Of a stretch of DNA of 64,000 nt, positions 26,560 through 39,577 are shown one piece after another. The DNA is from Squalus acanthias (Eukaryota). Every line of letters begins with the position of its first letter. The stretch's first letter is position 1. A program made the translations under genes and the position numbers. The stretch is from assembly GCA_030390025.1 (NCBI GenBank), contig CM059432.1:35714001-35778000 (forward strand), read 5' to 3'. The notes under the pieces are model-generated. The model saw only the letters and a program-made list of their open reading frames with translations. It did no database searches and was not told the origin of the DNA.

Positions 26560-26905
26560 TAAATTGGGGGGGAAGAGACGCTTACAGATGGTGTCACGTG
26601 ACGACGTACACGTTCTTGTCTTGCGCGCGTCGCGTTTCCACAGTGACCGCGGCCTTGGCAACGGCCGCTTGTCTTAGCGCGAATGTGAACGCCAGAGTTT
26701 AGAGTCGAGAAAAAATAAACCCGCCCGCGCGGCGCCAATGGAACCCGCTTAAATTAAACCCTCCGGCGGATTCGGTGAAGCGGTCGGCGGTTTACTTACA
26801 GGGAAGCGGTTTGGTGCTGTCGCCTTGGGTACTGTTTGCATAGTGACGGCGGCCCGGCCTTGGGAGGCTCGAGCTTCCTGAGTGAGTGAGAGGACTCCGG
26901 GGACA
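26560..26905 (+). promoter_or_regulatory. KIF9: CpG-rich KIF9 promoter and probable non-coding first exon
   Basis: Non-repeat CpG-dense patch with palindromic E-box GTCACGTGAC (26593-26602), X-box-like motifs (26649-26662, 26819-26832, 26834-26847), GC box CCGCCC (26721) and donor ggaca|gtaagt at 26905/26906; the ATG exon begins with an acceptor, so an upstream exon is required. Confidence 0.7.
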
Positions 26906-27413
26906 GTAAGTCTTCAGCATTTCACTCATTTCCAGGGAGAAAGAGGGAACTGCAGCTACCCTCCGGCCACCCCATGGCTCAGTGTGGTAATGCTGGTTCA
27001 ATCTTACCTCTTCCTTTTTTTTGTTTAGGGTGCTGCTGTTGGCTTCAGTACCCCGGGGGGGGGGGGTTTGGCTGGGAAGGAATTAGATTGATCTCGATTT
27101 GCCATAAAGCTACCCCTGCTGTAAAGTGGGCCTGGGCAGGTACAGGGCGAGAAATAAGGACACCAACTCGGCTGTGATGCACCCTGCGGTCAACCAGCTT
27201 GCTGATGTTTGGCGCGTTGGGCTCGCCCACATGAAGAACACACACTACCCACCCCGCCCCCCCCCCACCCCACACCCCCACTCCCCACTCCATGCCATCC
27301 TCCCATCCACCACCCCCACTACCCAAGTGAGGCGCTGGAGGGCGCCCATGGAGCCTGTACCTCCGCAAACGATCAACGTCTTCAGGAGTGGAGACATTTG
27401 GGAAAGAAAGATC

Positions 27414-27857
27414 ATGCATTTATGTAGCGCCTTTCGTGACATCCCAAAGCAATTCACAGCTGTTGAAGTACTTTTTGAAGTGTAGTCACTGTTGTAATGT
27501 AGGAAACGTGGCAGCCAAAATTTGTGCACAACAAGCAGTAGTGAGATAGATATATGACCAGACAATCTGTTTTTTTTTCCAGTGAGGTTGGTTGAGGGAT
27601 AAATATTGGCCACAAGACCAGGCAAACTCCCCTGCTCTTCTTCGAATAGTGCCGTAGGATTACATCCACCTGAGAGGGCAGACGGTACCTCAGTTTAACA
27701 TCTCATCCAAAAGATGGCTTGTATCACAGTGCAACATTCCCTCAGTATTGTCCTGAAGTGTCAGTCAAAATTATGTGCTCAGGTCCCTGGAGTGGGGCTT
27801 GAACCCAAGCCACTATCTAACTTAGAGTTAGGAGTGTGGCTGTTGAGCCAAGGCTGG
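27414..27857 (-). repeat. Deu-domain SINE, near full length
   Basis: Same core plus tRNA-like head; further copies at ~15612-16008(+), 26075-26335(-), 41098-41392(-), 45195-45608(-), 52213-52560(-). Confidence 0.75.
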
Positions 27858-28344
27858 TACCTAAAGAAAGGCTGATAGCTTCACCACTTTTTAGTAAGTT
27901 TAAAAAAAGTGGATCTTGATAGAATTCCTGGCTGCAGTTTCTGATTTTTAGCAGATTTCAAATTTCATGACAGGCAAAGCCATCATCTGATGCCAATGAC
28001 AGGTCAGGATTGCTATTAAGCCTCAAATAAATGCTGGGTTTAGAACTCGGGTGAGGCAGTGGTGGGAGCAGGCTCGAAGGGCCGGATGGCCTACTCCTGC
28101 TCCTATCTTCTATGTATCTATGTATCTATGTAAATGAACATTCCTGGGCTGGGGTCCTGCTCCTGATTGCTATCCAGCAACCCCCACTGGAAAGGGAGCA
28201 CATATGGATGTCAGCTATGCCTTCTGTAGTTGAATGGCTTGTCAGTACAGTCCAGGTTCTCATATTAACAACTTCAGGATTATTACCCACTGTGAAATGA
28301 GTAGACATGTTAGTAAAACAGCAGTGCTCTAACTTCAAAGAAAT

Positions 28345-28750
28345 AACTTGCATTTATACAGCACATTTCATAACCTCAGGACATGCCAATGAAGTGTAGT
28401 CACTGATGTAATGTAGGAAACGCGGCAGCCAATTTACACACAAGGTCCCACAAACAGCAATAATCATCTGTTCTTTTAGTGATGTTGGTTGAAGGATAAG
28501 AATTAGGCAGGACATAGGAGAACTCCCCTGCTTTTCTTCAAAAAGTGCCATGGGATTCTTTATGTCCACCTGAGAGGGCATATGGGACCTCGATGTAACG
28601 TCTCACCCAAAAGACACCACCTCCAGCAGTGCAGCACTCCCTCAGTACTGCCTAAGTGTCAGCCTAGATTATGTGCTCACGTCTCTGGAGTGGAGCTTGA
28701 ACCCGCAACTTTCTGACTTAGAGGTGAGAGTTCTACCACTGAGCCAAGGT
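28345..28750 (-). repeat. Deu-domain SINE, near full length
   Basis: Same core and head as 27414-27857. Confidence 0.75.
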
Positions 28751-29064
28751 TTGCTACTCATGGGTCACTGAGATACGAGCCTGCTATCGCCACACAGGTT
28801 CTAACTGGGTTTATCGTTTGGTTAACTGATTAAGTACAGGTAGTGGGTACTGATTAACTGTTCTTTAGATTGTTTATTCATCCAGCTGTTGGTGTGGTGC
28901 GGAATCGACCGTATAGGTGTGTTCTATTCTCAATATAGAAAAATGGCAGACCTATGTTCACCTCCTCATACCCGTTGACAGCAGATTCAAGTCAGGATTT
29001 CACTATGTAGTGAGCCATTATATACTACCACTGGGTGAACGCAGTCCTTGACTGAGACTGTATC

Positions 29065-32000
29065 AACCAATTTGGGAACAGATGAGAGAACATTCTGAGG
29101 GGGGGAGGGTGAACAGCCAGAGGTCGTGGTCCATATCGGTATCAACGACATAGGTAGAAAGAGGGATGAGGTCCGGCAGGCAGATTTTAGGGAGCTAGGA
29201 AAGAGATTCAAAAAGTAGGACCTCAAAGGTGGTAATCTCCGGATTACTCCTGGTGCCATGAGCTAGTGAGTATAGACATAGGAGGATAGAGCAGATAAAT
29301 GTGTGGCTGGAGAGATGGTGCAAGAGGGAGGACTTTAGATTCATGCGACCGGTTCTGGGGGAGGTGGGACCTGTACAAGCCGGACAGGTTGCACCTCAAC
29401 AGAGCCGGGACCAATATTCTCACGGGGGGTTTGCTAGTGCTGTTGGGGAGGGTTTAAAATAATTTGGCAGGGGAATGGGCACCAGGATGTACCATTAGAA
29501 AGGAGAAACAGAGTGCACAAAGGATTGGGAGAGACAGATAGCACTAGAGTAAGAAATAGTAAGGTATTAGGTGGGGTCAGACTGAGAGAGAATACAAGAA
29601 GGTGTAAGAGAGGTTTGCAGTGCATGTGTGTAAACGCACGAAGCGTGGTTAATAAGGTTGATGAGCTGCAGGCGCAAATAGCCTCATGGGAATATGATGT
29701 CGTGGCGATAACGGAGACCTGGCTCAAAAAAGGGCAGGATTGGGTATTAAATATTCCTGGATATAAGGTGTTCACGAAAGATATGGAAGGAAAGAAAGGA
29801 GGTGGGGTGGCAGTATTGGTTAAGGAGAATGTTACAGTGCTGGAGAGAGAGGATGTCCTGGAGGGATCAAGGACAGAATCTATTTGGTTAGAGTTGAGAA
29901 ATAATAGGGGTGCCATTACACTGCTGGGTTTATTCCATATGCCACCAACTAGTGGGAAGGATATAGAGGAGCAAATTTGCAGGGAAATTACAGAGAGGTG
30001 CAAGAACTATAGAGTAGTAATGGGGGACTTCAACTATCCTAATATAGACTGGGATAGCAATGTAAAGGGCAGAGAGGAGGAAGAATTTCTGAAGTGTGTT
30101 CAGGAGAACTATCTTGATCAGTACGTTTCCGGCCCAACGAGGAAGGAGGCATTGCTGGATCTGGTTCTGGTGAATGAGGTGGAGCAAGTGTCAGTAGGGG
30201 AACATTTATCATAGTATCATTAGGTTTAGATTAGCTATGGAAAAGGACAGGGAGCAATCTAGAGTAAAAAATACTTAATTGGAGGAAAGCCAATTTCAGT
30301 GGCCCAGGTAAATTGGAATCAAAGATTGGCAGGCAAAACTGTAATCGAACAATGGGCCTGCCTTTAAAAGGAGATGTTTGGAGTACAGTCGAGGTACATT
30401 CCCACAAGGGGAGAAAGGTAGGGCAACTAAAGCCACAGCTCCCTGGATGATGAAAGAGATAGAGAGTAGAATGTGTATGACAGATGTCAGGTTGAGAAAA
30501 CAAGTGAGAATCAGGCTGAATATAGAAAGTTCAGAGGGGAAGTGAAAAAGAAAATAAGAGGGGCAAAGAGAAAGTATGAGAATAGATTGGCAGCTAACAT
30601 AAAAGGGAATTTAAAAGTCTTCTATAGGCATATAAATAGTAAACGGGTAGTCAGAGGAGGGGTGGGGCCAATTAGGGACTAAAAAGGAGACCTACACATG
30701 GAGGCAGAGGGCATGGCTGAGGTACTAAATGAGTACTTTGCATCTGTCTTCACCAAGGAAGAAGATGCTGCCAAAGTCATAGTGAAAGAGGAGATAGTGG
30801 AGCTACTGGATGGGATAAAAATTAATAGAGGATGTACTAGAAAGGCTGGCTGTACTTAAAGTAGATAAGTCACCAGGACTGGATGGGATGCATCCTAGGA
30901 TGCTGAGGAAAGTTAAGGTGGAAATCGCGGAGGTACTGGCCATAATCTTCCAATCCTCCTTAGATACGGAATGGTGCCAGAGGACTGGAGAATTGCAAAA
31001 GTTACACCCTTGTTCAAAAAAGGGTGTAAAGATAAACCCAGCAACTACAGGCCAATCAGTTTAACCTCAGTAGTGGGGAAGCTTTTAGAAACAATAATCA
31101 GGGACAAAAGTAACAATCACTTACAAGTGTGAATTAATTAAGGAAAGCCAGCACGGATTTGTTAAAGACAAATCGTATTTCACTAACTTGATTGAGTTTT
31201 TTGATGAGATGACAGAGAGGGTTGATGAGGGCAATGTGGTTGATGTGGTGTACATGGACTTCCAAAAGGCGTTTGATAAAGTGCCACATAATAGGCTTGC
31301 CAGCAAAGTTGAAGCCCACAGAATAAAAGGGACAGTGGCAGCATGGATTCGAAATTGGCTAAGTAACAGGAAACAGAGAGTAGTGGTGAACGGTTGATTT
31401 TCGGACTGGAGGAAGGTATACAGTGGTGTTCCCCAGGGGTCGGTACCAGGGCCACGGCTTTTCTTGATGCATATAAATGACTTGGACTTGGGTGTACAGG
31501 GCACAATTTCAAAATTTGCAGATGACACAAAACTTGGAAGTATAGTGAACAGTGAGGAGAATAGTGATAGACTTCAAGAGGACATTGACAGGCTGGTGAA
31601 ATGGGCTGACACGTGGCAGATGAAATTTAATGCAGAAAAGTGCGAAGTGATACATTTTGGTTGGAAGAATGAAGAGAAGCAATATAAACTAAAGGCTACA
31701 ATTCTAAAGGGGATGCATGAACAGAGAGACCTGGGGGTATATGTGCACAAATTATTGAAGGTGGCAGGGCAGGTTGAGAAAGTGGTTAAAAAAGCAGACG
31801 GGATCTTGAGCTTCATAAATAGAGGCGTAGAGTACAAAATAGAGGCGTAGAGTACAAAAGCAAGGAAGTTATGATGAACCTTTATAAAACACTGGTTTGG
31901 CCTCAACTGGATTATTGTGTCTAATTCTGGGCACCACACGTTAAGAAGGATGTGAAGGCCTTAGAGAGGGTGCAGAAAAGATTTACGAGATTGATTCCAG

Positions 32001-32336
32001 GGATGAGGAACTTCAGTTACATGGATAGACTGGAGAAGCTGGGGCTGTTCTCCTTGGAGCAGAGAAGGTTGAGAGGAGATTTGATAAAGGTGTTCAAAAT
32101 CATGAGGGGTCTAGACTGAGTAGATAGAGAGAAACTGTTCCCATTGGTGGAAGGGTCGAGAACCAGAGGACACAGATTTAAGGTGATTCACGGAAGAACC
32201 AAAGGCAACATGAGGAGTGAGTGGTTAGGATCTGGAATGCACTGCCTGAAAGGATGGTGGCGGCAGACTCAATCGTGGCTTTCAAAAGGAAATTGGACAA
32301 GTACCTAAAAGGAAAAAAATTTGCAGAGCTACAGGG
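29065..32336 (+). mobile_element. Long degenerate CR1 (ORF1 esterase end, ORF2); its 3' end resumes at 36172-36279
   Basis: Endonuclease motifs NARS, AITETW, MGDFNYP and RT motifs with several frameshifts; interrupted by the younger CR1. Confidence 0.9.
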
Positions 32337-35300
32337 ATTACTCATTTAGTGAGTTGAACACACCGCGGGTAAAGGCTAGGTCAGACAGTAAATGGGTGAC
32401 CAAGAGGCAGGGCAATATCAGAAGGTAGTGCAGGAGTCCCCTGCGGTCGTCTCCCTCCAAAACAGATATACCGTTTTGGATACTGTTGGGGGAAATGACC
32501 TACCAGGGGAAGGCACCAGCAGCCAGGTTCATGGCACCATGGCTGGCTCTGCTGCACAGCAGGGCGGGAAAAAGAGTGGTAGAGCTATAGTGATAGGGGA
32601 CTCAATTGTAAGGGGAATAGACAGGAGTTTCTATGGCCGCAACCGAGATTCCAGGATGGTATGTTGCCTCCCTGGTGCAAGGGTCAAGGATGTCTCGGAG
32701 CGGCTGCAGAACATTCTGGAAAGGGAGGGTGAAGAGCCAGCTGTCGTGGTGCATGTAGGTACCAACGATATAGGTAAAAAGCGGGAAGAGGTCCTACAAG
32801 CAGAATTTAGGGAGCTAGGAGCTAAATTGAAAAGTAGGACCTCAAAGGTAGTAATCTCTGGGTTGCTACCAGTGCCACGTGCTAATCAGAGTAGCATGAA
32901 CAGGATAGCGAGATTAAATACGTGGCTTGAGCAGTGGTGCAGGAGGGAGGGATTCAAATACCTGAGGCATTGGAACCAGTTCTGGGGAAGTGGGACCTGT
33001 ACAAAAGGGACGGTCTGCACTTGGGCAGGACTGGAACCGATGTCCTCGGGGTAATATTTGCTAAGGCAGTTCGGGAGGATTTAAACTAATATGGCAGGGG
33101 AATGGGAACCTATGTAGCGAAACAGGGGGAAGTAATATGCAGTCAGAAACAAATGTTAGAAGGGTGAGAAACAATAAGGGAAATCCGAGTAAACAAAGGC
33201 AAGAAACACAAAGGGCCATACTAAATCATAAGTCTAAAAGGACAAAGGGTGTTAATAAAACAAGCCTAAAGGCTCTGTGTCTTAATGCAAGGAGTATCCG
33301 TAATAAGGTGGATGAATTGACTGTGCAAATTGATGTTAACGGATATGATGTGATTGGGATTACAGAGACGTGGCTCCAGAACAATCAAGGCTGGGAACTG
33401 AATATCCAGGGGTATTCAACATTCAGGAAGGATAGAATAAAAGGAAAAGGGGGTGGGGTAGCATTGCTGGTTAAAAAGGAGATTAATGCAATAGCTAGGA
33501 AGGACATTAGCTTGGAGGATGTGGAATCAATATGGGTCGAGCTGCAGAACACCAAAGGGCAGAAAACGTTAGTGGGGGTTGTGTACAGACCTCCAAACAG
33601 TAGTAGTGAGGTGGGGGAGGGTATGAAATAGGAAATCAGAGGTGCATGCAAAAAAGGCGCAGCAGTTATCATGGGTGACTTTAATATGCATATAGATTGG
33701 GCTACTCAAACTGGAAGCAATACGGTGGAGGAGGATTTCCTGGAGTGTTTAAGGGATGGTTTCCTAAACCAATATGTTGAGGAAACAACTAGAGGGGAGG
33801 CCATCCTGGACTGGGTGTTGTGTAATGAGGAAGGACTAATCAGCAATCTTGTGGTACGAGGCCCCTTGGGGAAGAGTGATCATAGTATGGTGGAGTTCTA
33901 CATTAGGATGGAGAAGGAAACAGTTAATTCAGAGACCATGGTCCAGAACTTAAATAAGGGCAACTTTGAGGGTATGAGGCGTGAATTGGCGAGGTTAGAT
34001 TGGCAAGCGATATTTAAGGGGTTATCAGTGGAAGGGCAATGGCAGACATTTAGAGATCGCATGGATGAACTACAGCAATTGTACATCCCTGTCTGGCGTA
34101 AAAATAAAAAAGGGAAGGTGGCTCAACCATGGCTAACAAGGGAAATCAGGGATAGTATTAAAAGCAAGGAAGTGGCATACAAATTGGCCAGAAGTAGCAG
34201 CAAACCCGGGACTGGGAGAACTTTAAAACTCAGCAGAGGAGGACGAAGGGTTTGATTAGGGCAGGGAAAATAAAATATGAAAGGAAGCTTGCGGAGAACA
34301 TTAAAACGGACTGCAAAAGCTTCTATAAATATGTAAAAAGAAAGAGGTTAGTAAAAACAAACGTAGGTCCCCTGCAGTCAGAAACAGGGGAAGTCATAAT
34401 GGGGAACAAAGAAATGGCAGATCAATTGAACAAGTACTTTGGTTCGGTGTTTACTGTGGAGGACACAAACAACCTTCCGGAAATAAAAGAGATCAAAGGA
34501 TCTGGTAAGAGGGAGGAGCTGAGGGAAATCCTTATCAGTCGGGAAAAGGTGTTGGGGAAATTGATGGGACTGAAGGCTGATAAATCCCCAGGGCCTGATG
34601 GTCTGCATCCCAGAGTACTTAAGGAGGTGGCCTTGGAAATAGTGGATGCATTGACGATCATTTTCCAACATTCCTTAGACTCTGGATCAGTTCCGAAGGA
34701 GTGGAGGGTGGCTAATGTAACCCCTCTTTTTAAAAAAGGAGGGAGGGAGAAAGCAGGGAATTATAGACCAGTCAGCCTGACATCGGTGGTGGGTAAAATG
34801 ATGGAATCAATTATTAAAGATGTCATAACAGACCATTTGGAAAGTGGCGACATGATAGGTCCAAGTCAGCATGGATTTGTGATAGGGAAATCATGCTTGA
34901 CAAATCTTCTGGAATTTTTTGAGGGTGTTTCCAATAGGGTGGACGGGGGGGAACCAGTAGATGTGGTGTATTTGGACTTTCAGAAGGCCTTCGACAAGGT
35001 CCCACACAAGAGATTGGTGTGCAAAGTTAAAGCACATGGGATTGGGGGTAATGTGTTGACGTGGATTGAGAACTGGTTGGCACACAGGAAACAAAGAGTA
35101 GGAGTAAATGGGTACTTTTCAGAATGGCAGGCAGTGACCAGCGGGGTACCGCAGGGTTCGGTGCTGGGGCCCCAGCTGTTTACATTATATATTAATGATT
35201 TGGACGAAGGGATTAATTGTAATATCTCCAAATTTGCGGATGACACTAAATTGGGAGGCAGTGTGAACAATGAGGAGGATGCTAGGAGGCTACAGAGTGA

Positions 35301-36171
35301 CTTGGACAGGTTGGGTGAATGGGCAAATGTATGGCAGATGAAGTACAATGTGGATAAATGTGAGGTTATCCACTTTGGTGGTAAAAATAGGGAGGCAGAC
35401 TATTACCTGAATGGTGGCAGATTAGGGAAAGGGGAGGTGCAACGAGACCTGGGCGTCATGGTACATCAGTCACTGAAGGTGGGAAGGCAAGTGCAGCAGG
35501 CAGTCAAGAAAGCAAATGGCATGATGGCCTTCATAGCAAGGGGATTTGAGTACAGGAGTAGGGAGGTGATGCTACAGTTGTACAGGGCCTTGGTGAGGCC
35601 ACACCTGGAGTATTGTGTGCAGTTTTGGTCTCCTAACTTGAGGAAGGACATTCTTGCTATTGAGGGAGTGCAACGAAGGTTCACTAGATTGATTCCTGGG
35701 ATGGCCAGACTGACATATCAAGAAAGACTGGATCAACTGAACTTGTATCCTCTGGAGTTCAGAAGAATGAGGGGGGATCTTATAGAGACGTTTAAAATCC
35801 TGACTGGTTTAGACAAATTAGATGCGGGCAGAATGTTTCCAATGTTAGGGAAAACTAAAACCAGGGGTCACAGTCTAAGGATAAAGGGGAAGCCATTTAA
35901 GACTGAGATGAGGAGGAACTTCTTCACCCAGAGAGTGGTGAATCTGTGGAATTCTCTACCACAGAAGGTTGTTGAGGCCAGTTCGCTAAATATATTCAAA
36001 AGGGAGTTAGATATAATACTCACAACTAGGGGGATCAAGGGGTATGGCGAGAAAGCAGGAATGGGGTACTGAGGTAGCATGTTCAGCCAGGAACGCATTG
36101 AATGGCGGTGCAGGCTCGAAGGACCGAATGGTCTACTCCTGCACCTATTTTCTATGTTTCTATGTTTCTAT
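32337..36171 (+). mobile_element. Young near-full-length CR1 (ORF1 SGNH esterase, ORF2 APE-RT)
   Basis: GDSIVRG and VHVGTND esterase motifs; ORF2 33080-36072 with one stop (33629) and one frameshift (~34205); 606-aa open RT; (tttctatg)n tail. Confidence 0.95.
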
Positions 36172-36978
36172 GAAAGGGCGGGGAGTGGGATTAGCTGAAG
36201 TGCTCTTGCAGAGAGCCGGCACAGGCTCGACGGGCCGAATGACCTCCTTCTGTGCTGTAACCATTCTACGATTCTATGAGGAAGACAATGTTGGAATGAG
36301 GATGAGAAACCTCCACAGGGCAAGGGGAGATCCCAACAGTCTATTCATCTTGATTGAATTTCAGTTCCCTTCCACAATGTGGGTCTGGGCTGTTCTGGGA
36401 GCAGAGAGGAGTCCCTTTTTCTCATTTATTGAGTTCCATTAGAAGTGTTGGAGTATTGTTGGAATCTACTGACCATTAATTCCATTCTTCGTTATGTTGA
36501 TATTCTACATGTTGGAATGAATGACAGTTTCTATTTACACAGTTGGCTATCTGTTTTTTGTAATTGGTGGTTCCAGTTTAAACCTATAACTTATTTAAAA
36601 CAAGAAAGAACTTGTAGGCACCAGGGAGGGTTATAGGCACCAAGCCAGCATCACCCCTTTGTGTGGCACAATTCGCCAACGCACTCCGTCAACATTGAGT
36701 ATTATTTTACCCCTCCAAAGAAGCATCTGAGGCGTTCCCCAAAAGCTTAGCTGTTTGAGGCATTAAATACTCCAGTCACAGGGATCTGGAAGGTCCCAGG
36801 TTTGTTTCTTGACATGTGCTAAGTTGATTGATCAGAGCCTTTATAGCATTGCGGGTGCTACTACTGGTCTTCGAATTTTGGAGTTGGAGAAATTGGCCAG
36901 AGGTGGTCCTCCTGATTGGTACCTAGCAACTGTATGCCTACATCGGGTGAGGACAGGATTGGATTTGACTCTGACACC

Positions 36979-39577
36979 TAGGGTTGCAAAATTCCGGGAA
37001 TTTTTAAAAGAGGAAACTTTCCATGGGAATTTTCGGGAATTTATGGGAATTTTGGGAATTTATGGGAATTTTGAGTTTTTTTGCACACTGATGGTTTTTG
37101 TCTCTGACCCTTATAACAAAATAGACATACTGTTCCATACAAATAAAAACAGGCTTTCAAAACTTTATTTAGGTTATAATTTTGAACTTTATTGAACCCC
37201 CACAAAAAAGACCCATCTAAAATAAAATAAAAAGAGCGTCAGCTTATTTAGCCTGTAATTTGTTCTTATTTTGTCCCTTTGAGTCTTCTACTCATGAGTT
37301 TTCTGAGTCTTCTACTCATCATTGCTCCTCCTGATTCTCTGACTCTGGCTCTGACGTGTCCATTTCCTCCTCTGTGTCACTGTCTAGCTGTGTGGTGGAC
37401 ACTTCTGTATCTGGCTCAATAAGTTGTAGGTTCGCCCGGATAGCCACCAGTTTCTCCACTCTCTTGTTAGTCAACCTGTTGCGCACCTTTTGTATGCGTA
37501 TTCCCAGTTTCGTTCAGAGGCCGCTGATGAAGGTGGGATTTGGAGTATCGCCGATGCAATGGGTGACAGGGCCTCAGATGCACAAAGTCCCTTCCACCAG
37601 GTATGTGCACTGATATGCTTGCATGATTCCCATATCCCGTCCCCATTCCAAAGACCTTGCTTGGTAGAGAACTTTGCCAGACTTCCCAGAACTTTGCCCA
37701 CGTCCAGATTGAGGTGGCGTGAGAGGGTAGAAATCACACTGTAAGCGCTGTTGATCTGTTCTCCAGAAAGTATTGGTCTCCCAACATGCTTTGGGTCCAG
37801 CATGTATGCTGCAGCATGAATCAGCTTGACACAAAATTCTTGACGCATCTGTATGAATTGAACAATTGCCTTCTCCTCTGCTTTGAGCAGTAGGGATGTG
37901 GGTAGGGCAATGCTGATTTGTTCTTTTAAAACAGCAAAAAGCCTGAGAACATCTGACAAGACAGCGTCATCTCCTTCAATCTGAGCAATTGCAGATGCTA
38001 CTGGTGAGAGTAGTTAAAGGCTGCTAACCACTCTCTCCCAAAACACATCATCCAGCAGTATTTTCTTGATGGTGGTTTCCATATCCACAGACTGGGATAT
38101 TGCCATTTCTTGCAGCGACTCCTTACCCTCCAGAAGGCTGTTGTACATTATGACAACGCCACCCCATCTAGTGTTGCTGGGCAGCTTCAGTGTGGTGTTC
38201 TTGTTCTTTGTTGTTTGCTTGGAGTTGTAGGTTGCTGCAACTACCTGTTTTCCCCTGACATACTAAACAACTTGCTTGGCTCTCTTGTACAGTGTTTCCA
38301 TGGTTCTCAAACCCATGATGTCCTTGAGGAGCAGGTTGAGCCCATGAGCTGCGCACCCAATAGATGAGGGTAGGCCTCCTCCACTTAAGCCCAAGCAGCC
38401 TTCATATTCGCAGCATTGTCAGTAACTACTGCAAAGACCTTTTGTGATCCAAGATCGTTGATGACCGCTTTCAGCTCATCAGCAATGTATGTGCCTGTGT
38501 GTCTGTTGTCCTTCGTGTCTGTGCTCTTGAAGAACACTGGGAGAGGAGTGGAGACGATGTAGTTTATGATGCCCTCCCCTCGTACATTTGACCACCCATC
38601 TGAGATAACTGCAACACAGTCTGCCATCTCTATTGTTTCTCTGAGCTTTCCTTGGACTCTGTTATACTCAGCCTCCAGCAAATAAGTAGACAAAGCATGT
38701 CTGGTGGGAGGACAGTATGCAGGGCGAATAACATTGAAAAATCTCTTCCAGTACACATTGGCTGTGAGCATGAGGGGTGAGCCTGTCGCATATACAGCTC
38801 GAGCAAGGCACTCATCTGCATTCTTCTGGCTATGGTTATCCATTGTATCAAAGAACCTTCCAAGTGGGCCAGGAGTTGCTGATGATAAGGAGCCTGATGC
38901 TGAATGTGAACCATCATCTTCTTGAATGGAAGCAGGGGAACTCTGGGCTGACTGCTGTGAGCTTTGAGTGAAGTTGTTGCATTTGGATAAATGCTGCTGC
39001 ATCTTTGTGGCATTCTTTACATATGGCTTTGTACAGTGTTTGCACATGTACACAGTCTTTCCATCTTTAATGCCTGGGGTAAAATGCTTCCACACATCCG
39101 ACGGTAAACGTGGCATTGTTCTATGCAGAGAAATAAAGGGCATTCGTCTCTGTGTCGAACTGCGGTCGATCAGCACGATTGCAACAGGCCAGGGTGAGTA
39201 AATTTTTCCTGATGCTCCATGTGATGGAAGCATGACCTGTGCACGCACGATGCTACATCACCATTAGAGGGAGCTAATCGCTCATCCACTCATCTAACCA
39301 ATCAGGACACATTTGTTCACAGTCACACACAAAACTTGTAATTATTAAAACAAGCCAAGTAAGAAGATAAACATATATTGATTAAGAAATTCCTTAATAA
39401 TTAAGATTCCATCTCTGTTAGTAATTTTAAGAGAGGACCTGTGGGAAAAAAAAGAAAAGACAAAAAAAAAACAATATTATGCTAGCATGTGCTTTTTTGG
39501 GCAAAATTCCCAAGCTAAACTTCCTGTGGAAAATTTCCGGAAATTTACCGGAAACTTTCCACCCCTTTGCAACCCTA
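36979..39577 (-). mobile_element. hAT DNA transposon, full length (2.6 kb)
   Basis: Perfect 12-bp TIR TAGGGTTGCAAA; perfect 8-bp TSD ctgacacc (36971-36978, 39578-39585); subterminal gggaattt/ggaaattt repeats. Confidence 0.95.
37330..39116 (-). pseudogene. hAT transposase (BED finger, DUF659-type core, dimerization domain), disrupted
   Basis: VWKHF...CKHC...H...C BED finger; ISDGWSN; VVTDNAANMKAAW; AAYMLDP; WWKGLC...LQIPPSSAASERNW; split across frames by stops and frameshifts. Confidence 0.85.

Noticed and set aside
28800..28880. Similarity to 40075-40160
   Set aside because: Short and diverged; best explained as two copies of an unclassified old repeat
31817..31860. 20-bp tandem duplication aaatagaggcgtagagtaca
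   Set aside because: Ordinary post-insertion slippage inside a dead CR1; a similar case is at 59662-59702
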